DNA of 64,000 nt, taken from assembly GCA_043228905.1 (NCBI GenBank), contig JBHGNT010000015.1, forward strand, positions 5,828,001 through 5,892,000. Direction: 5' to 3'. The notes under the pieces are model-generated. The model made no database searches. It had not been told where the DNA came from and worked only from the letters and a program-made list of their open reading frames with translations. The stretch comes from Azolla caroliniana. Its lineage: Eukaryota; Plantae; Polypodiophyta. How positions within the stretch are numbered: position 1 is the first letter of the stretch; each line of letters starts with the position of its first letter. The position numbers were made by a program, and so were the translations under genes. Below, one piece after another: positions 23,759 to 38,150 of this stretch.

Positions 23759-24117
23759 AGCCGGACACAGAGCAGGATGGTTCCCGACAACCGACATCAT
23801 TTCCTTAATGATCGGCTTCAACTGTTCCGACCCGACCAGTTCGGTCTTCTGCCTTCGGACCCTGCCGACTCGAACAAAGCTGATATGTCCGAGAACCTAA
23901 GTCTATACCTGTAATCTTAGATAACCCATGTATACGCCCATTACGGGGGAGTGTCGAATACAAGTGTATAATGGACGTATTCACACTATCCCTTTGGGCC
24001 ATTTGTGTAATTAGCATAAATGGTAGTTGCCCTAAGTTAGTCACTATATATATTGACCTTGTAACCTTTTTGTAAGGTTGGGTGTTGTATTATTGCTTTG
24101 TGGAATAAGAAGTCTTT

Positions 24118-24166
<49 letters not shown>

Positions 24167-27100
24167 AACGACTAGAAACTGTCATACGCAGGTATTCAGC
24201 ACTAATCGAATGCTTCTTGATCTTCCGCATAGACGACCTCGTCTGCAACACCATTGTCGAACGAAGAGAAGCAACGACACCGAGCAAACCGACTATGTTT
24301 ATATTGCGGAGGTTCAGGACACATAGCTATTCATTGCTCCCGTAGGCCGAGACGTCAAGTAAATCAAATTCACTATGACAATAAAAATGACTCCAATATT
24401 TTAGAAGCACTTAGTGATTCTAATATTATGAATAATCCACCCTTGTCCAATAAGTTTGAAGTCCTAAGCCAATTAGAAGAGGAGTCCAATAAATAAGTCT
24501 GGCCAAAATAGGAGCCATTTGGTTGGACAACCGTAGATCTGTACAACGTAGTGTAGGCTCCATTTCATCCAAGCATGTTAGTATAGTCTTCTCAGCCCAA
24601 GTACAAGTTAGGACACTGAGTTGTGAACTTTAGGTCCAAGCCCTCTTAGATACCATATCCAATTCTTGTTTCATGGATAGAGATTTTGCCCAAAAACCTC
24701 AAATATCCTTGCATACCCTTCCTTGCCCAGTTTCCGTACTAGTGATCCATGGACGTCCCATAGCTTCCGGGAAGTTATTCAAAGAATCTGAGCCAATACA
24801 CATACTCTTAGGTGATTTAGGATGTGTAGTTTCCTTAGCCTCGAACATCCAATTGTCCTTGGTTTTCCATGATTCAAGCTACATAACCCAAGACTTGATT
24901 GGAGGAGGCGAGAAATTTGGTGCCCTTTGGCATAAAACATCATTGTTAAGGATCGAACTTGGGATTATCCCCTTAAAGAATATAGTTCTACTAGTGCACC
25001 ATCTCCTTTTCATCAAATATGAACCATCACATTGCAACAATTGTCCCAAGTGGGAGGAAATGAGGAACTTTTCTTATTTGAAGTATCAATGACATCTTCT
25101 AGTGCCACTCAAGGGAATTCAGACATCCAAATTCCCGAAAAATATCAAGAATATGTTGAGGTTTTCGACAAAGTCAAAGCTAGTGTACTTCCAAAGCATC
25201 GACCGTACGATTGTGCCATTGACCTCCAACTAGGAAAAGAGCCAATGTGGGGTCCAATCTACAATCTATCACCAACTGAGCATGAGTTTCTTCAAGAATA
25301 CATCAAGGAGAATCTTGCACATGGGTTTATTCAACATTCAAAGTCTCCAACCGATGCTCCTATATTTTGAGTGAAGAAAAAGGACAGTTTGTTGCATTTG
25401 GTCGTGGACTATTGGGGATTAAATAAAGTCACCATAAGAAATAGGTATGCTCTACCTTCAATCTTCAGTCTTTTAGAGCGCATTGGTGGGGCAAAGCATT
25501 TTACAAAGATTGATTTAAGGGGTGCATATAATCTTGTTTGCATTCGACCGGGTGATGAGTGGAAAACTGCATTTCGCACTTGGTATGGTCATTTCAAGTA
25601 TACGGTCATGCCTTTCAGGCTCACAGATGCACCCGTAGTTTTCCAACATCTGGAAAATGACATTTTCCAGGATTTTCTAAATATCTTTCTCATCATCTAT
25701 TTAGATGATGTGTTGATTTAATCTAAAACACAAGAGGAGCATGATATACAAGTCTGGTCTTCAACACTTAAGAAAGTATGGTCTGTATGCCAAACTTGAG
25801 GAGTACAATGTTAACAGCAAACAAGTCGAATTCTTGGGTTATACTATTTTATCCAAGGGTATTTTCCTGGATCCAGCAAAAGTCAAACCAATATTGGAAT
25901 GGCAACCCCCACGTTCTATTCGAGACGTCCAATGTTTCCTCGGATTTGCGAACTTCTATCGCAAATTCATATGGAATTATTTAAAGATCATGTTGCTTCT
26001 CACCCAACTCACCAAGAAAAATCAAGCGTTTGTTTGGACTATTGAAGCGGACATAGCCTTTACTTGGCTCAAAGAGGCATTCACATCAACTCCTATCCTA
26101 GCGCATATTGATCTTGAAAGCCATTTACCATTGAGGCGGTTGCGTCAGACATTGCATTGGGGAGTATCCTATCACAACTAGGCAAGGACGGGTAGATCCA
26201 TCCAATCGCGTTTGACCCAAAAAACGTTACTACTGCGGAGATAAACTACGAGGTGCGTGACAAGGAGTTACTAGTTGTGGTCGACTCTTTCAAGCAATGG
26301 CGACATTTCTTAGAAGGATCTCCTCATCAAATCATCATTTATAGTGATCACAAAAATCTTACGTATTTTCAAACAACTCGAGTGTTAAATAGGAGACAAG
26401 CTCGGTGGGCACAATTTCTAACTCGTTTTGATTTCAAGATCATTTTCCAACCCGAGAAAAAACAAGGGAAGGTAGATGCTCTATCTCGGCGCTCATATTT
26501 CACACCTCAACCTAGAAATCCGGCCTTTGACAATCAAAAGCAAATTCTCCTAGGACCATCAAAGCTACAAGCAACAACAGTTTATGCCACGCCGCTTGAT
26601 TCATGCCTTGTTGATACTATTCAGCAACGACTTCACTTTGATGATTTCGCTAAGGATGTCTTGGCCCACATTAGTCTAAGCCATGCGTGTTGCTCCACAG
26701 TGCAAGGGTCATCTCAACACTATCAGGAATTCAAGTGGCAAGATGGCTTACTCTTTTACAAGAATCTCTTTTACGTCCATGATGGATCACCCTGCCTTCA
26801 AGTATTAGAGCATTGTCATGATGCCCCTATGGCTGGACATTTTGGTGTTGCGAAGACCATGAAGTTGGTGATGCGCTCGTTTTGGTGGCCTCATTTGCAA
26901 AACTTTGTCAAAGATTACTTGCGTACATGTGACACCTGTTGTCGAGCCAAAATACCCAAGCATCATCATTATGGCTTGCTACAACCATTACCACCTTGAA
27001 CCTAGTCATCACAGTCTATTTCATTACGGATCTGCCCCCTTCAAAAGAATTTGATACTATTTTAATAGTAGTGGATCGATTTACCAAGATGACACATTTT

Positions 27101-29139
27101 TTACCATGTGTAAAGAGCATCAATAGTCAGGAAACCGCAAATATCATTATGCGTGAAGTGTTTCGCCATCATGGTCTTCCACATGATATAATTACCAATC
27201 GTGGTCCTCAATTTATCTCTCACTTTTGGAAGCACCTATGGGCCCGCCTCAAAATCTCCTGCCAACTCTCTTTGGCTTATCATCCACAAACTAACGAACA
27301 AACAGAGTGCACGAATCAAACGCTCGAGCAGTATCTTTGATGCTTCATCAGTTATCAACAAGATTATTGGAGTAATATTTTACATCTTGTTGAGTTTGCA
27401 TACAATAACATGACACAGTCTTCTACCAAGGTTACACCTAAGTTTCTTTGCCTACACCGGCAAACATCCTCGATGGTGTCTCTTGGATCTTCCCAAGGTC
27501 GCACGAAGCCCTAGTGTTGAGCATCACCTTCATCTACTACACTGAATCCAATTGGCATTATCTTCACATCTTCAGACAGCTCAAGCACAACATAAGACCA
27601 ACATAGATTGCCATTGTCTTAAGTCTCCTTTTAAGGTTGTTGAACAAGTATGGTTGCTTCGTCGTCACATCAAGACTACCTGGCCATGTGAGAAGCTCGA
27701 TTATCAACGCTTAGGTTCTTTTCTCAGCACTTTGCAGACTAATGATGCAACCTTTCTTCTTAATCTTCCAACACACATGCAACTTCACCTAGTCTTTCAT
27801 AGCTCTCTTTCGGAACCTTGTCGCACCTCTTCTATTCCTAATCGTGTCGTGCCACGTCCGCCCTCTATCCAACTTGTTGATGGCCCCGAATATGAGGCAG
27901 CTGCTATTCTCGATACTAAGATTGTGCGGAATAAGCTCTTTTATTTGGTTGATTGGGTAGGCTATCCTTCGATTGATCGCAGTTGGGAACTTGATGATAA
28001 TTTTTCTAATGCTCAAGCTCTTGTCAACGACTTCCATCACCACTATCCAAACAAGTCGGGCCGTACATTGTTAACATCACCTCCCACTCGTCGTTCTCGA
28101 AGGGGAGGTAGTGTCATGAATACATAAACATCATGGCTTCACCTGGGCTTGAACCCAAGACCTTGTAATAATCAAGAACCTAACCATTAAGATAGCCTAT
28201 GATCATATGAGGTGATAAAAGCTAGTTCTTGTAATACACTGATTATTGTAAATACTCTGGAACATTCTAGAACATTCTAGAATATCCTAGAACATCTTAG
28301 AATATTCTAGGTCTAGAACATTCTAGAACATTATAGAAACCTCTAGGCTATTCTATAGGAACCTATAAATATAGACACACAATTCTTCTCAAACTAATTC
28401 GAATCAACACTAGTCTTAAGCTCTCATCGCCTATCTTGTATCCATTCTCATTCTATCTTAAACACGTTCGCGTTCAGAAGTGGAAGGATCGCGCATTCCA
28501 CTTTTAGATTCCTTTCACAATTGTGCAAATTTATGCAATATATAGAAACTTGTTATACCAGTGTCACATGTTCGTCAACCCATATAGAATTTGCTCAATT
28601 ATTAATATTTAACAAGTTTCAAAGTAAAAAACATGTATTTTTTGAACATTGTTAAAGTTGATGATATCCAAATACAAAACTTATTTAAAATTATATCATA
28701 TGACAATTCTTTCTTGGGTCGAAGCATGCTACGGTGTACCAAAAAAGTAATGTTTTTGGCCAAAAAAAACACGAGTACTGTTAGTACTAAGTAATTATAA
28801 AAAGTTTTTAAAAAAATCAGAAAAATTTATAATCTTTTTAGGGAGTGGGGTGGGGGTAGTACACGTTGCATTTAATGGGGGGAGAAAGTTGTTGTGTATT
28901 CAGGATTCAGGACTAATTTGGGGGTTATTTCCCCCTCACTTTTAATTTAGCATGTCACATTAATTGAATTTGGCACTTCTCACCATTTTTTAGTCTCCCC
29001 TTCCTCCTTCCAACTGAGCCCATCTCAAATTCATCGTTTTGTCGTTCTCTGCATCTCAGGTATTCGCAACACGCGAATGTCCCTAAGATTTGGTTGTTCT
29101 TTGTGTCACACATCTTCCCCATCTTCGCCTTCCATCTAT

Positions 29140-29262
29140 ATGTCTTCTCGTTCCCTCACTATTTCTTCTCGTTCCCTCGGTATGTCGTTTCCTTCCCTCG
29201 GTATGTCTTCTCCTTCACTCAATATGTCTTCTCCTTCCCTCAGTATGTCTTCTCCTTCACTC
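29140..29262. repeat. 21-bp tandem repeat (TATGTCTTCTCCTTCCCTCAG-like, 5-6 copies)
   Basis: Directly visible. Confidence 0.85.
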
Positions 29263-29764
29263 GACATTACTCTTACATTTCTGTAGCATAAGTTCTCTAG
29301 TGTTTATTAGAGTTATTATTTATGGTGTAGGTTATTTCAGAACTGTTTTTAGGCTTTAATATTTATAGTTTATCCTTTCAAATGGAAACTTTAAGATTTA
29401 TTTATGTTGAAAAGATAATGTCTTCATCATCATCATGATTATTATTGTCATTATCATCTCCATCTACTTGTTCATTGTTACCATATTACATTGAGCATAT
29501 TGTTATTTGTATTATTTCTCAATCTTAATAGAATGAAAATCTTTTGCCAATGATGTCAGGCACATGTGGATAACACCTAAAACTTGACTTTTATATTAGC
29601 CTATTATAATGGTTGTCTTTCTTAGTACTACATTGTTTTGTTAAACGAATATATGAGTGTGGCATTATCATACATGTTTATTCGAAAATTGGTTGATGTT
29701 TATGCTATGAAGTATTAAGTACGTTTATTCTACGATGTATTAAGCATTTATTTTGATTAACTAG

Positions 29765-32700
29765 GTTCTGAAATAACAAGAAATTAGGTCTTGGAATACA
29801 TGATAGTCGCAATGGTAGTTGCCATGTAGCAATTCTATGTCTGAGAGGAGCAAGAGAAGGGTGGTTCTTCACTTAGTCCGTTATTTACTAGAAGTAATTA
29901 AGAGATTTACCAAGGAAGATCGTAAGGATATTATCTCTAGAGTGTTACACCATCAACTTTTGAATGAGATTGTAGAGTCTATGAAGTTTAGGGACCAATG
30001 TGTTTCAGAGGAGATTGTAAAGTCTATGAAGTCATCCATGCACTTAGTGAAAGGGGTAGAGAGCATAGATAAGCTTGGTGCAAAGAGAGCAACCCTTCAC
30101 ATGGTTGTAAATGCTACAAGAAAAAAAAAAATAGTGATAATAAAGTAGCCTTAGTCCTTGGTATTCAAAGAAGGAACTTGAGGAAGCATCAGACAAAGAT
30201 ACAGTCAAATCAATTTAAATGGTTGAGGTTAGGCTGTAAACGACGATGTGATGCCTTCTCTCATGAGATTATTGAGAAAGTGGATTCCTTTTGGACAAAA
30301 AACCCATGTGTCTCACTGAATAAAAAAGATGTATGTAGACAACGTATAACTCGGGGTAGGTACTAGATTCACCCAAGACACTTCTTGGAGATGACTAAGG
30401 TAATTCTTTTGTTTTTATCTATTTGGTTTTAAATTATTTTTTTACTAAAGGATCCTATTAACGTTAACTATTTATTAACTTATGTAGGCTGAATTGTTCA
30501 TGAACTTTAAAGACAAACATCCTAACAACAATCTTGGATTTCACAAGTTCCAAGGTTTGAAACCAATTTTGTTAGAAAGTTAAAAGAGAGGAACACATGT
30601 TGTTGTGTGTACCACATTAAAATGGACATGTTAAGGCTTGGCCTGAACACTGTGCGTATTGATTCTAAGGGTATACACGGGAATGGGTGTGTTTGCACTT
30701 GTGAGGTATGTAGACCAAATGGGAGTGATAATAGATGTAATACATGAAACATGACTTATGCATCGGTTTCGGAGTTATGGACGTCTTTTGTTTGTGAAAA
30801 AAAACCATAATTTGAGTGGCATAATTGTACATGTCTTCTAAGAACATGTAAGGTTTGCCCACAACTGCCATTTTGTAGACAGGAGCTTGATGTAGATAAC
30901 TGTCATACTATGAAATGGAAATATTTAGAGTATGTGACAGAAAATATAGGTACGAGTCTCGTTAGTAAGTGTATCAAGGAAGTATATAAGGAGACATGTG
31001 TTGCTACCCTTGGCTCAGAGTTTAAGAACCAACTCAGGGAGTTCATTCCACATAACTTTAGGAGTTATTGGCAAAATTCACAGTTCAAGGAATGTATAAA
31101 TAACTTATCACCAAATGTTATAGTATCTATTATTGAATTTGCAGAGAACTATACGTTTAAAGTTCAAAATGAGGTTCATTCAACGCATTGGTACAATGAA
31201 CAATGTACAATACTTGTACATATTTGCTATTGGAGAGAAGACGGTGAGTTACATAAGAAATCAATATTCTACATAAAAAACATGATACGCTATTTGTTCA
31301 ACATTGTTGTAAGCTTCACCATGCAGATTTATTGTCCTTGGGTGTTAACTTTAATCATCATTGGGTTTGGTCTGATGGTGTTGCCTCGCAATTTAAGGCG
31401 GAGCGGTCCTTCTACTTCATGGCAAGGTGAGGAAATAATCCATATATTTGGTACTTATAAATAGAAGTCTATTTTCATAATACTCCATAGTACTTATAAA
31501 TGTTTGTATAAAATACTGAATTAGTAATTCTCCAGCTACATGCACTAGTACTGCCTTGAAATGTGAATTTGAACTAATTGGCCATTTAGTTCTCTCCTCC
31601 TAGATTCACTAGTACTGATTATGGTAATAACTATGTTAAGTAAACTTAACTTACAACTTAGTACTATCCTCCTACGTGCACAAGTACTAATTAAGGTTTA
31701 GACCTTGTAATGTATCCTTAATTTACAACATAGTATTGTTCAATGTTCAATGTATTCTTTCATGGGCACGAGTATTAATTTATATCTCAGCACTGCCCTC
31801 TCTTGTGCATTAGTACTAATGAATAACTTAGTATTATCCTCTTTCGTTCATTAGTACTAATTTATAACTTGGGACTGTCATTCGGCAAGCACGAGCACTA
31901 AGTATTACTTACATTGTACTCTCTGAGTAATGTTTGTACTAATTCATAACTTAGATGTATTCAACTTTGTTCGTTAGTACTAATTCATAACTTAGATGTA
32001 TTCAACTTTGTTCGTTAGTACTAATTCATAACTTAGATGTATTCAACTTTGTTCGTTAGTACTAATTTATAACTTAGGATTGTCCTCTCTGATTAATACT
32101 AATTATTAACTTAGTACTATCCAACCATGTTCATTAGTACTGATTATTAACTTAGTACTGTCCAACTTTGTTCATTAAGTCCAACTTATAAGTTAGGACT
32201 ATCCTCTCTCATGCATTAGTACTAATTAAAAACTTAGTACTCTCCAACTTTGTTCATTACGACCAACTTATAACTTATGATTGTTCTCTCTCATGCATGC
32301 CTACATAATTAATAACATACCACTTCTCTCTCTCGTTTGTTAGTATTAATTTCCAACTTAGTACTATCCTTTCTTGTGCATTAGTACTAATTAATAACTT
32401 ACCACTTCCCTCTCTCGTCTGTTAGTACTAATCTCCAACTCAATACTATCCTCTCACGTGCATTAGTACTAATCAATAACTTAGTACTATCCTCTCTTGT
32501 TCATTTGTACTGATTCATCTGTTAGTATTGTTCAATCGTGCATAAGTAATAATGATGGTTTAAGTCATGCAATTAATTGTGTTTGTTGGTTAACTGTCAT
32601 GCAAAACACCCAGATACTTCTCATTGACAAACAATTGGATGCAATGGAACTACTTCAGGTCTGGACATGGAAAGGGAGAGCATGATGGCGCGGGGGTTGT

Positions 32701-33677
32701 GATCAAGCGAGCAGTTGGAAAATAAAGGTGCTAAGTTACAAAATGCACATGATGTTGTAGAGTGGCTCACATGGAAGATGTCAAATGATGGTAAGAATAG
32801 ATTGTTTATTGAGGTTCGTGCTAATGAGATGGATAGGAGTAAATCATACGGTTGTAAAATCGTGAAAGGGATACACAAGTCTCATTGTGTTTTAGGGTTT
32901 AGTCGCAAGTACACAACACAATTGTTATTCCGCAGTTTATCGTGCTTTTGTTCCATGCGTTTAGATGAAGCTTGGGATGAATGCACCAATCTATCAATTG
33001 TGGATCCATGGAAGCTACAAAAGCTAGATGGATAGGAATAAATCATACGATTGTAAAACCTTGAAAGGGATACGCAAGACTCATTGTGTTTTAGGGTTTA
33101 GTCGCAAGGACACAACACAATTGTTATTTCACAGTTTATCGTGCTTTTGTTCCATGCGTTTAGATGAAGCTTTGGATGAATGCACCAATCTATCAATTGT
33201 GGATCCATGGAAGCTACAAAAGCTAGAGATAGAACAATGTGTGGATATCCAAGAAAACAAACAAATATTGTATACTACAACCAGTGTGAGGACTTGGCAA
33301 TATTATTGGAAGTTGGAGATCATTTTGCGATGCTCAAATCTCCTCAAAATGAAGATTTTGAAGAATACTACATTGTGGTGTGCAAGCAAGGAAATACAAT
33401 ATTGGAAGAAGTCGTGAGGGATGGCTGGGGCAACATGTTCAATGTTGGTGAGTCTATCGTGTATGGCAACTACTATGCAAAGTTGCCACAATGCAAGAAC
33501 ACATATGCATTGTGAAAAGATGCACCCACTGCAATTATCTATGTTGATGCCATTATCGCAATCAAGTTCAAAATGACTCAAGCAAAGCACAAGGTTAAGG
33601 GATATAACATTGTCTACAAAGTGCCCAAAGGGGTACACGAACAGATATTGGGGAAGGTCTCCCTCTTTAATGCTTAA
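29765..33677 (+). pseudogene. Intron-containing Sola2-like DDD transposase pseudogene
   Basis: Cys-rich TCCCVYH; (E)FAENYTFKVQNEVHSTHW; WSDGVASQFK; WNYFRSGHGKGEHDGAG; 199-bp tandem duplication 32829-33226. Confidence 0.75.
31500..32510. repeat. TTAGTACTAA-rich degenerate tandem array (incl. 41-bp unit x3) in a transposase intron
   Basis: Many AGTACT palindromes; GTACTAATTCATAACTTAGATGTATTCAACTTTGTTCGTTA repeated 31936-32070. Confidence 0.85.
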
Positions 33678-34580
33678 AATGGCAAGCGTTCCTTCATATG
33701 TAACTATTGCATGTATTCAAACTCTTACTTACAAATGAAAGGAAATATATCATCTTGGGTTTTCTAACAATATCCCTCTTTGGTTTAGATATGTATGTTT
33801 CTTTTACATGAAGTGTCTAGTGCTTGGTAAAAAATCTCATTGGCTAGTATTTGAGCCTACATTTAGGGTTTACTAACCTATCAATATCTAAGTTACGAGT
33901 GTTCATTCCAATTTTTACTCGCCTTCTCACTGTCACACACATGTTAAAAGTGTGTGCCTATAACTCTTTAGGAGTTCATATGTATCAAAGTTAGTACAAT
34001 GCATATCAAGTTAGTACTAAACCTGTGTTAAGAGTTTGCTAACGTAGACATATGTAAGATCTGAGTGTTCATTCCACTCATCACTCATCTTCTCATTGTC
34101 ACATGTGTGCATAACAAGTAAACCAAAACAATGTCACGGTGAGTGTAATCAATAACTTAACATTCCTATCAATTACAAACAACCACCCAGATACAACAAA
34201 CTTAGCTAGGTACTGAGTGGCAATTCATCATCAGAGGTAGTAGACTACTGAGTGGCACGAGGCAGTAGGAAATTAGCTACAATGCATATCAAGTTAGTAC
34301 TTAAATTGTGTTAAGTGTTTACTAACAAGGAAATATCTAAGATAGTAGTGTTCATTCCACTGATGACTTTCCATTCTCACTGTCACATGTGTGCATAACA
34401 AGTAAACCAAAACTATGTAAAGATGAGGGTAATCAATAACTTAGCATTCCTATCAATAACTTTGCATCCAATTCACAGTATGGATAAGTAAACCAAAATA
34501 GCATCAAGAAGCAGGTAATCAATAACTTTACATTCCGTTATCAATTACATACAACCTTCAAAATACAATAAACTTCGGTT

Positions 34581-37500
34581 TTAGTTTTTTCTGGATTTTG
34601 TAATGCGCCTATTTTTTGTTTCATTCTTCTCAGATTTCACACCCTTCTTAAAGCCATGAGGTAGTAAACTACTTAGTGGCAATTCATCATCGGAGGGAAT
34701 TGTGTGCTCTATTGCAATTGCTTGAAATGCACACACTTCCAAGAAGATGTGGTCGATAGTCTTACCAGAAATCTCCTGGAGGTCATTGTACACATCATTC
34801 TTAAATTTTCCCAGATCCTCTTCATGGGTAGACACCACTACCACTTTATTAGGAGTACAAACATGTTCCTCATCTTAGGTGCTTGTCTTCATTGCAAACT
34901 CCCTGCTGATGATGCTAGACACTTGCTCCAAGTGCAAGCTACTTGCAGTATTTTGGACAGACACCTCATTCGTAGTACCACCCTCTCCTTCTTCTTGGGT
35001 AGTTGCTACAGTCTCCTTAATGATACAATCTTGCCCTAGGTTAAGGCTGCTTGTGGTGTTTTGGACACATACCTCATTCTTTGTACAACCATGATCCTCT
35101 CCTTGGGGTCAAATTCACATGCCCTGCAAACTCCTCGTATAAGTTGCTTGTCCACTCTAGCTCCTCTTTTTGGGTGATTTCACATTCCTCATGTGTGGTA
35201 GCATCTGAGCCTGAATAATCAAGATTGCTCCATAAACTACCTAAATCATCTGATGGTATTTGTGAATCTCCATGCTCCTCTACTCCTAAATAAAATAGAG
35301 GGATGCAATAACAATATCAATTCACATTCTGAAAAAGTGAAGGCACCTAGCCAAATGTTTAAGGTTAAGGGACAAATGTTTACCTACTGTTACATCTTCA
35401 TCTTGATCTTTTGTAGATGAGTCTTTGCATATGATTGTGTTTGTCATGTGCTGCAAGACGTGGTTTGCATTGGCATCACAATCGTCATTGTTGCTTGGGA
35501 TGGTCCCAGTTTCAAGTTGGGGCTCTTCATCATGCCAATATTTCACAACACTCTCTCTATATTAATACACTTGTACATTATTGTCACGTGGAGTAATATG
35601 GTCAAAATAACTATTAGATGAGAGGGCTCCCAACATGTACCTGGAAATGAGATAAATTCTTCTTCATATTGTGGCTCTGAATCTGTATCTCCATTTTCAT
35701 TACTCTTTCCTTCCTTGTCTAAAAACAAAAGTACTTAGTATTAGTCTAACTCTAAAACTTTAGAACAGCCACAAGTATGTGAGAATTTATATTACCCACC
35801 ACAACAATCAACTTTGCATTTCTTCCTCTTTCCATACAATTTCCTAGCAGCATTACGCTTCTTCGTAGGCTCTTTGATAGAAACATAATAAATTAGTTGT
35901 ATACCAACATTTCCGAAATTAGAAGTGCAAACACAATTAGCATTACCATTCACACAGTCAGGGCGTGCCGAGCTAGGAGATTTTGTTTCAAGCAACACAT
36001 CTTCAACTGTTCCAATGGCCCTTCTTATACATTCATCTTCATCATAAATTTCATCGGGTACCACTAAGGAACGACCGTGGATTTTGGAATTTGCAGCAGA
36101 CTCTGTACATAGTATCGCGAGGCCTGGTTTGTCAATTACCTTCCCTAGTGTGGTGTTCCTAGATACTACAACATTCATAATATAAGCATACATATTATAA
36201 GAGTACATATTATAAGATATTGATCCACCTAGACATGCATATTTCATCTAGTAATGAACAATGTTAGTACTAAAAAGCCAAGACCTTCATGCATATTTGT
36301 TCGGTCATGCAAAGCCTAAGTCAAGTGGACTCAAAAAGTACAATGCAAATAACCAATGTTAGTACTAATACAAGTTATACAACTAAACATTTATGACCTT
36401 TAGTACTAAATAATCAATATTGAATTAATTTATAATGAAGGAATACAATGTAATCAGTATTGTTAGTACTTAATAACATCTTAGGAACTTAAAGGAATAG
36501 TGCTGAACCACCTAGACATGCATATTTCATCTGGTAATGAACAATGTTAGTACTAAACAGCCAAGACCGACATGCCTATTTGTTTGATCATGCTAAGCTT
36601 AAGTCAAGTAGACACAAAAAGTACAATGCAATAAACAATGTTAGTACTAATACAAGTTATACAACTCAACATTTAAGACCTTCAGTACTAAATAATCCGC
36701 ACTAAATGAACTGATCATCCTGGATTACAATGCAATTAGTAATGTTAGTACTGAATCATGAAAAAAGGATCTTGAGGAAACAATACACATAGGTTTAAGA
36801 ACAGAACCAAAAGTAAAATTATAAAATCATAGTATACAAATTGCAAAATGCTTAATCACATACCATAGGAGTGTACTTTCAAACCCCAAGCTAGGTACCA
36901 CTCTGCTCCAACTGTACTTTTACAGTCCAAACATATATTTTCTTTCTGGAAATGGTACTTAGCGCAAAAAAAATGATATGTGTGCAAGCATGGTGTAATG
37001 ATAGCATCCATAGACTCAAGCTTGAATCCAAGGCCACAGAATAAACACCTTCAGTAACGAGACACAACATACACTATATTAGCACCAATGATATTTTATG
37101 CCATAGAAGGTCAAAAAGGAGAAATATAAACCATTAGCGTGATATAGTAATGTTTGTAATTGTACTTTCCATGCAAGCGGGGTGCTCAACTACGTTTGGA
37201 CATAGAGTATCTTTTTCTTTTAGACCATTAATCAAACATGTTAGGTTCTTTGAATGCAACTTTAAGGTTGATAATTGCTCATCAATTTCAAAATGAGAAG
37301 ACTGCCATGTCTCTAGATCTTTCTTCTGTGCTTCCAAATGAGTACCCATAGTTGTGAGCTCCTTCTTCAACTCCTTTTTCAACACATCGCTTTCAGAATT
37401 TTGGATTGTTGATGCAATCCATTCATATGTATTCGACATAGATGTGAATTGTTTCTCTGCTACCATCTCACTAGATGAAACATCTTCCAAATTGGCCAGC

Positions 37501-38150
37501 AGTGCTTGCATTTTTGTTTGCATGGAACCTATATAGTGCAACAATCGTTCTTCATGTTTTTCTATAAGTGTCACTTTCTGTTTTGCAATTTGTTGAGTCA
37601 ACACAGATGTCTGAGTTGGGATTTCAATAGGATAGGTACCCTCAGACTTCATGGTAGTGTTGGTACTTGAGAACCCTCTATAATGTGATGATTGATGATG
37701 AGCAAAATCTTCCCAATCAACTTCAATGCCACCATGGAGTTCACATGCAAATGCACATGCAAACACAAATCCTACCTCATTGTTTAGGATATGTTTCGTA
37801 TCATAAACTTGTTCATATCGTGACTTTAGTTCAGTGATATAATCCTTTTTCAATTGAGTGAGGTGGAAACCTCTCCTTGTCTTGGGTTTTGATGAGCCCC
37901 AAGTTTTCATCATCCACATGTCTAGGTCTTCATATGTGTTAGGTTGTGCACGAAGAAAATAACCCCATCCTAATTTTGTACCTTGAAGGATGTTTGTGTG
38001 AATCTTCTTGCCCTAAGTTGTTGAAAACTTCGACCTCCTTCTAGTGGGGGTCATCTTACTTTCTTTGATTGGGGTCCTTTTCCTTTCCTTGCATGGTGTG
38101 TTGACATTTTCTTTGACCATTTTCTTCTTCGTGGGTGTCTTCCTTATCAT
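34581..38150 (-). pseudogene. Multi-exon coiled-coil + RING-H2 (E3 ligase-like) gene inside the Sola2-like element
   Basis: ORF 37134-37919 coiled-coil-like; exon 37048-36864 (AG|..|GT) encodes CLFC-x15-CLH-x2-H-x2-C-x10-CLDC; outer boundaries approximate. Confidence 0.65.

Larger units (their letters stand above)
16538..24250 (+). mobile_element. Ty1/copia element C, young, full-length, TSD CCATT; LTRs 16538-16834 and 23952-24250
   Basis: Near-identical LTRs with (CT)n; PBS-Met 16837-16848; PPT GGGGGAG; CCATT at 16533-16537 and 24251-24255; splits D gag (RRGPL|SNEEKQR). Confidence 0.96.
15096..28460 (+). mobile_element. Ty3/gypsy chromovirus (Tcn1-like) element D, degenerate; 5' LTR 15096-15547, 3' LTR 28112-28460 (cut by a DNA transposon)
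   Basis: Matching LTRs TGTCATG(G/A)ATACATAAAC; PPT GAAGGGGAGGTAG; [16 protein letters not shown], RNase H DKELL..SDHKNL, integrase, chromodomain EYEAAAILD..YLVDWVGY. Confidence 0.92.

Noticed and set aside
28841-28856. G-quadruplex-like G runs
   Set aside because: Only three close G tracts; nothing supports function
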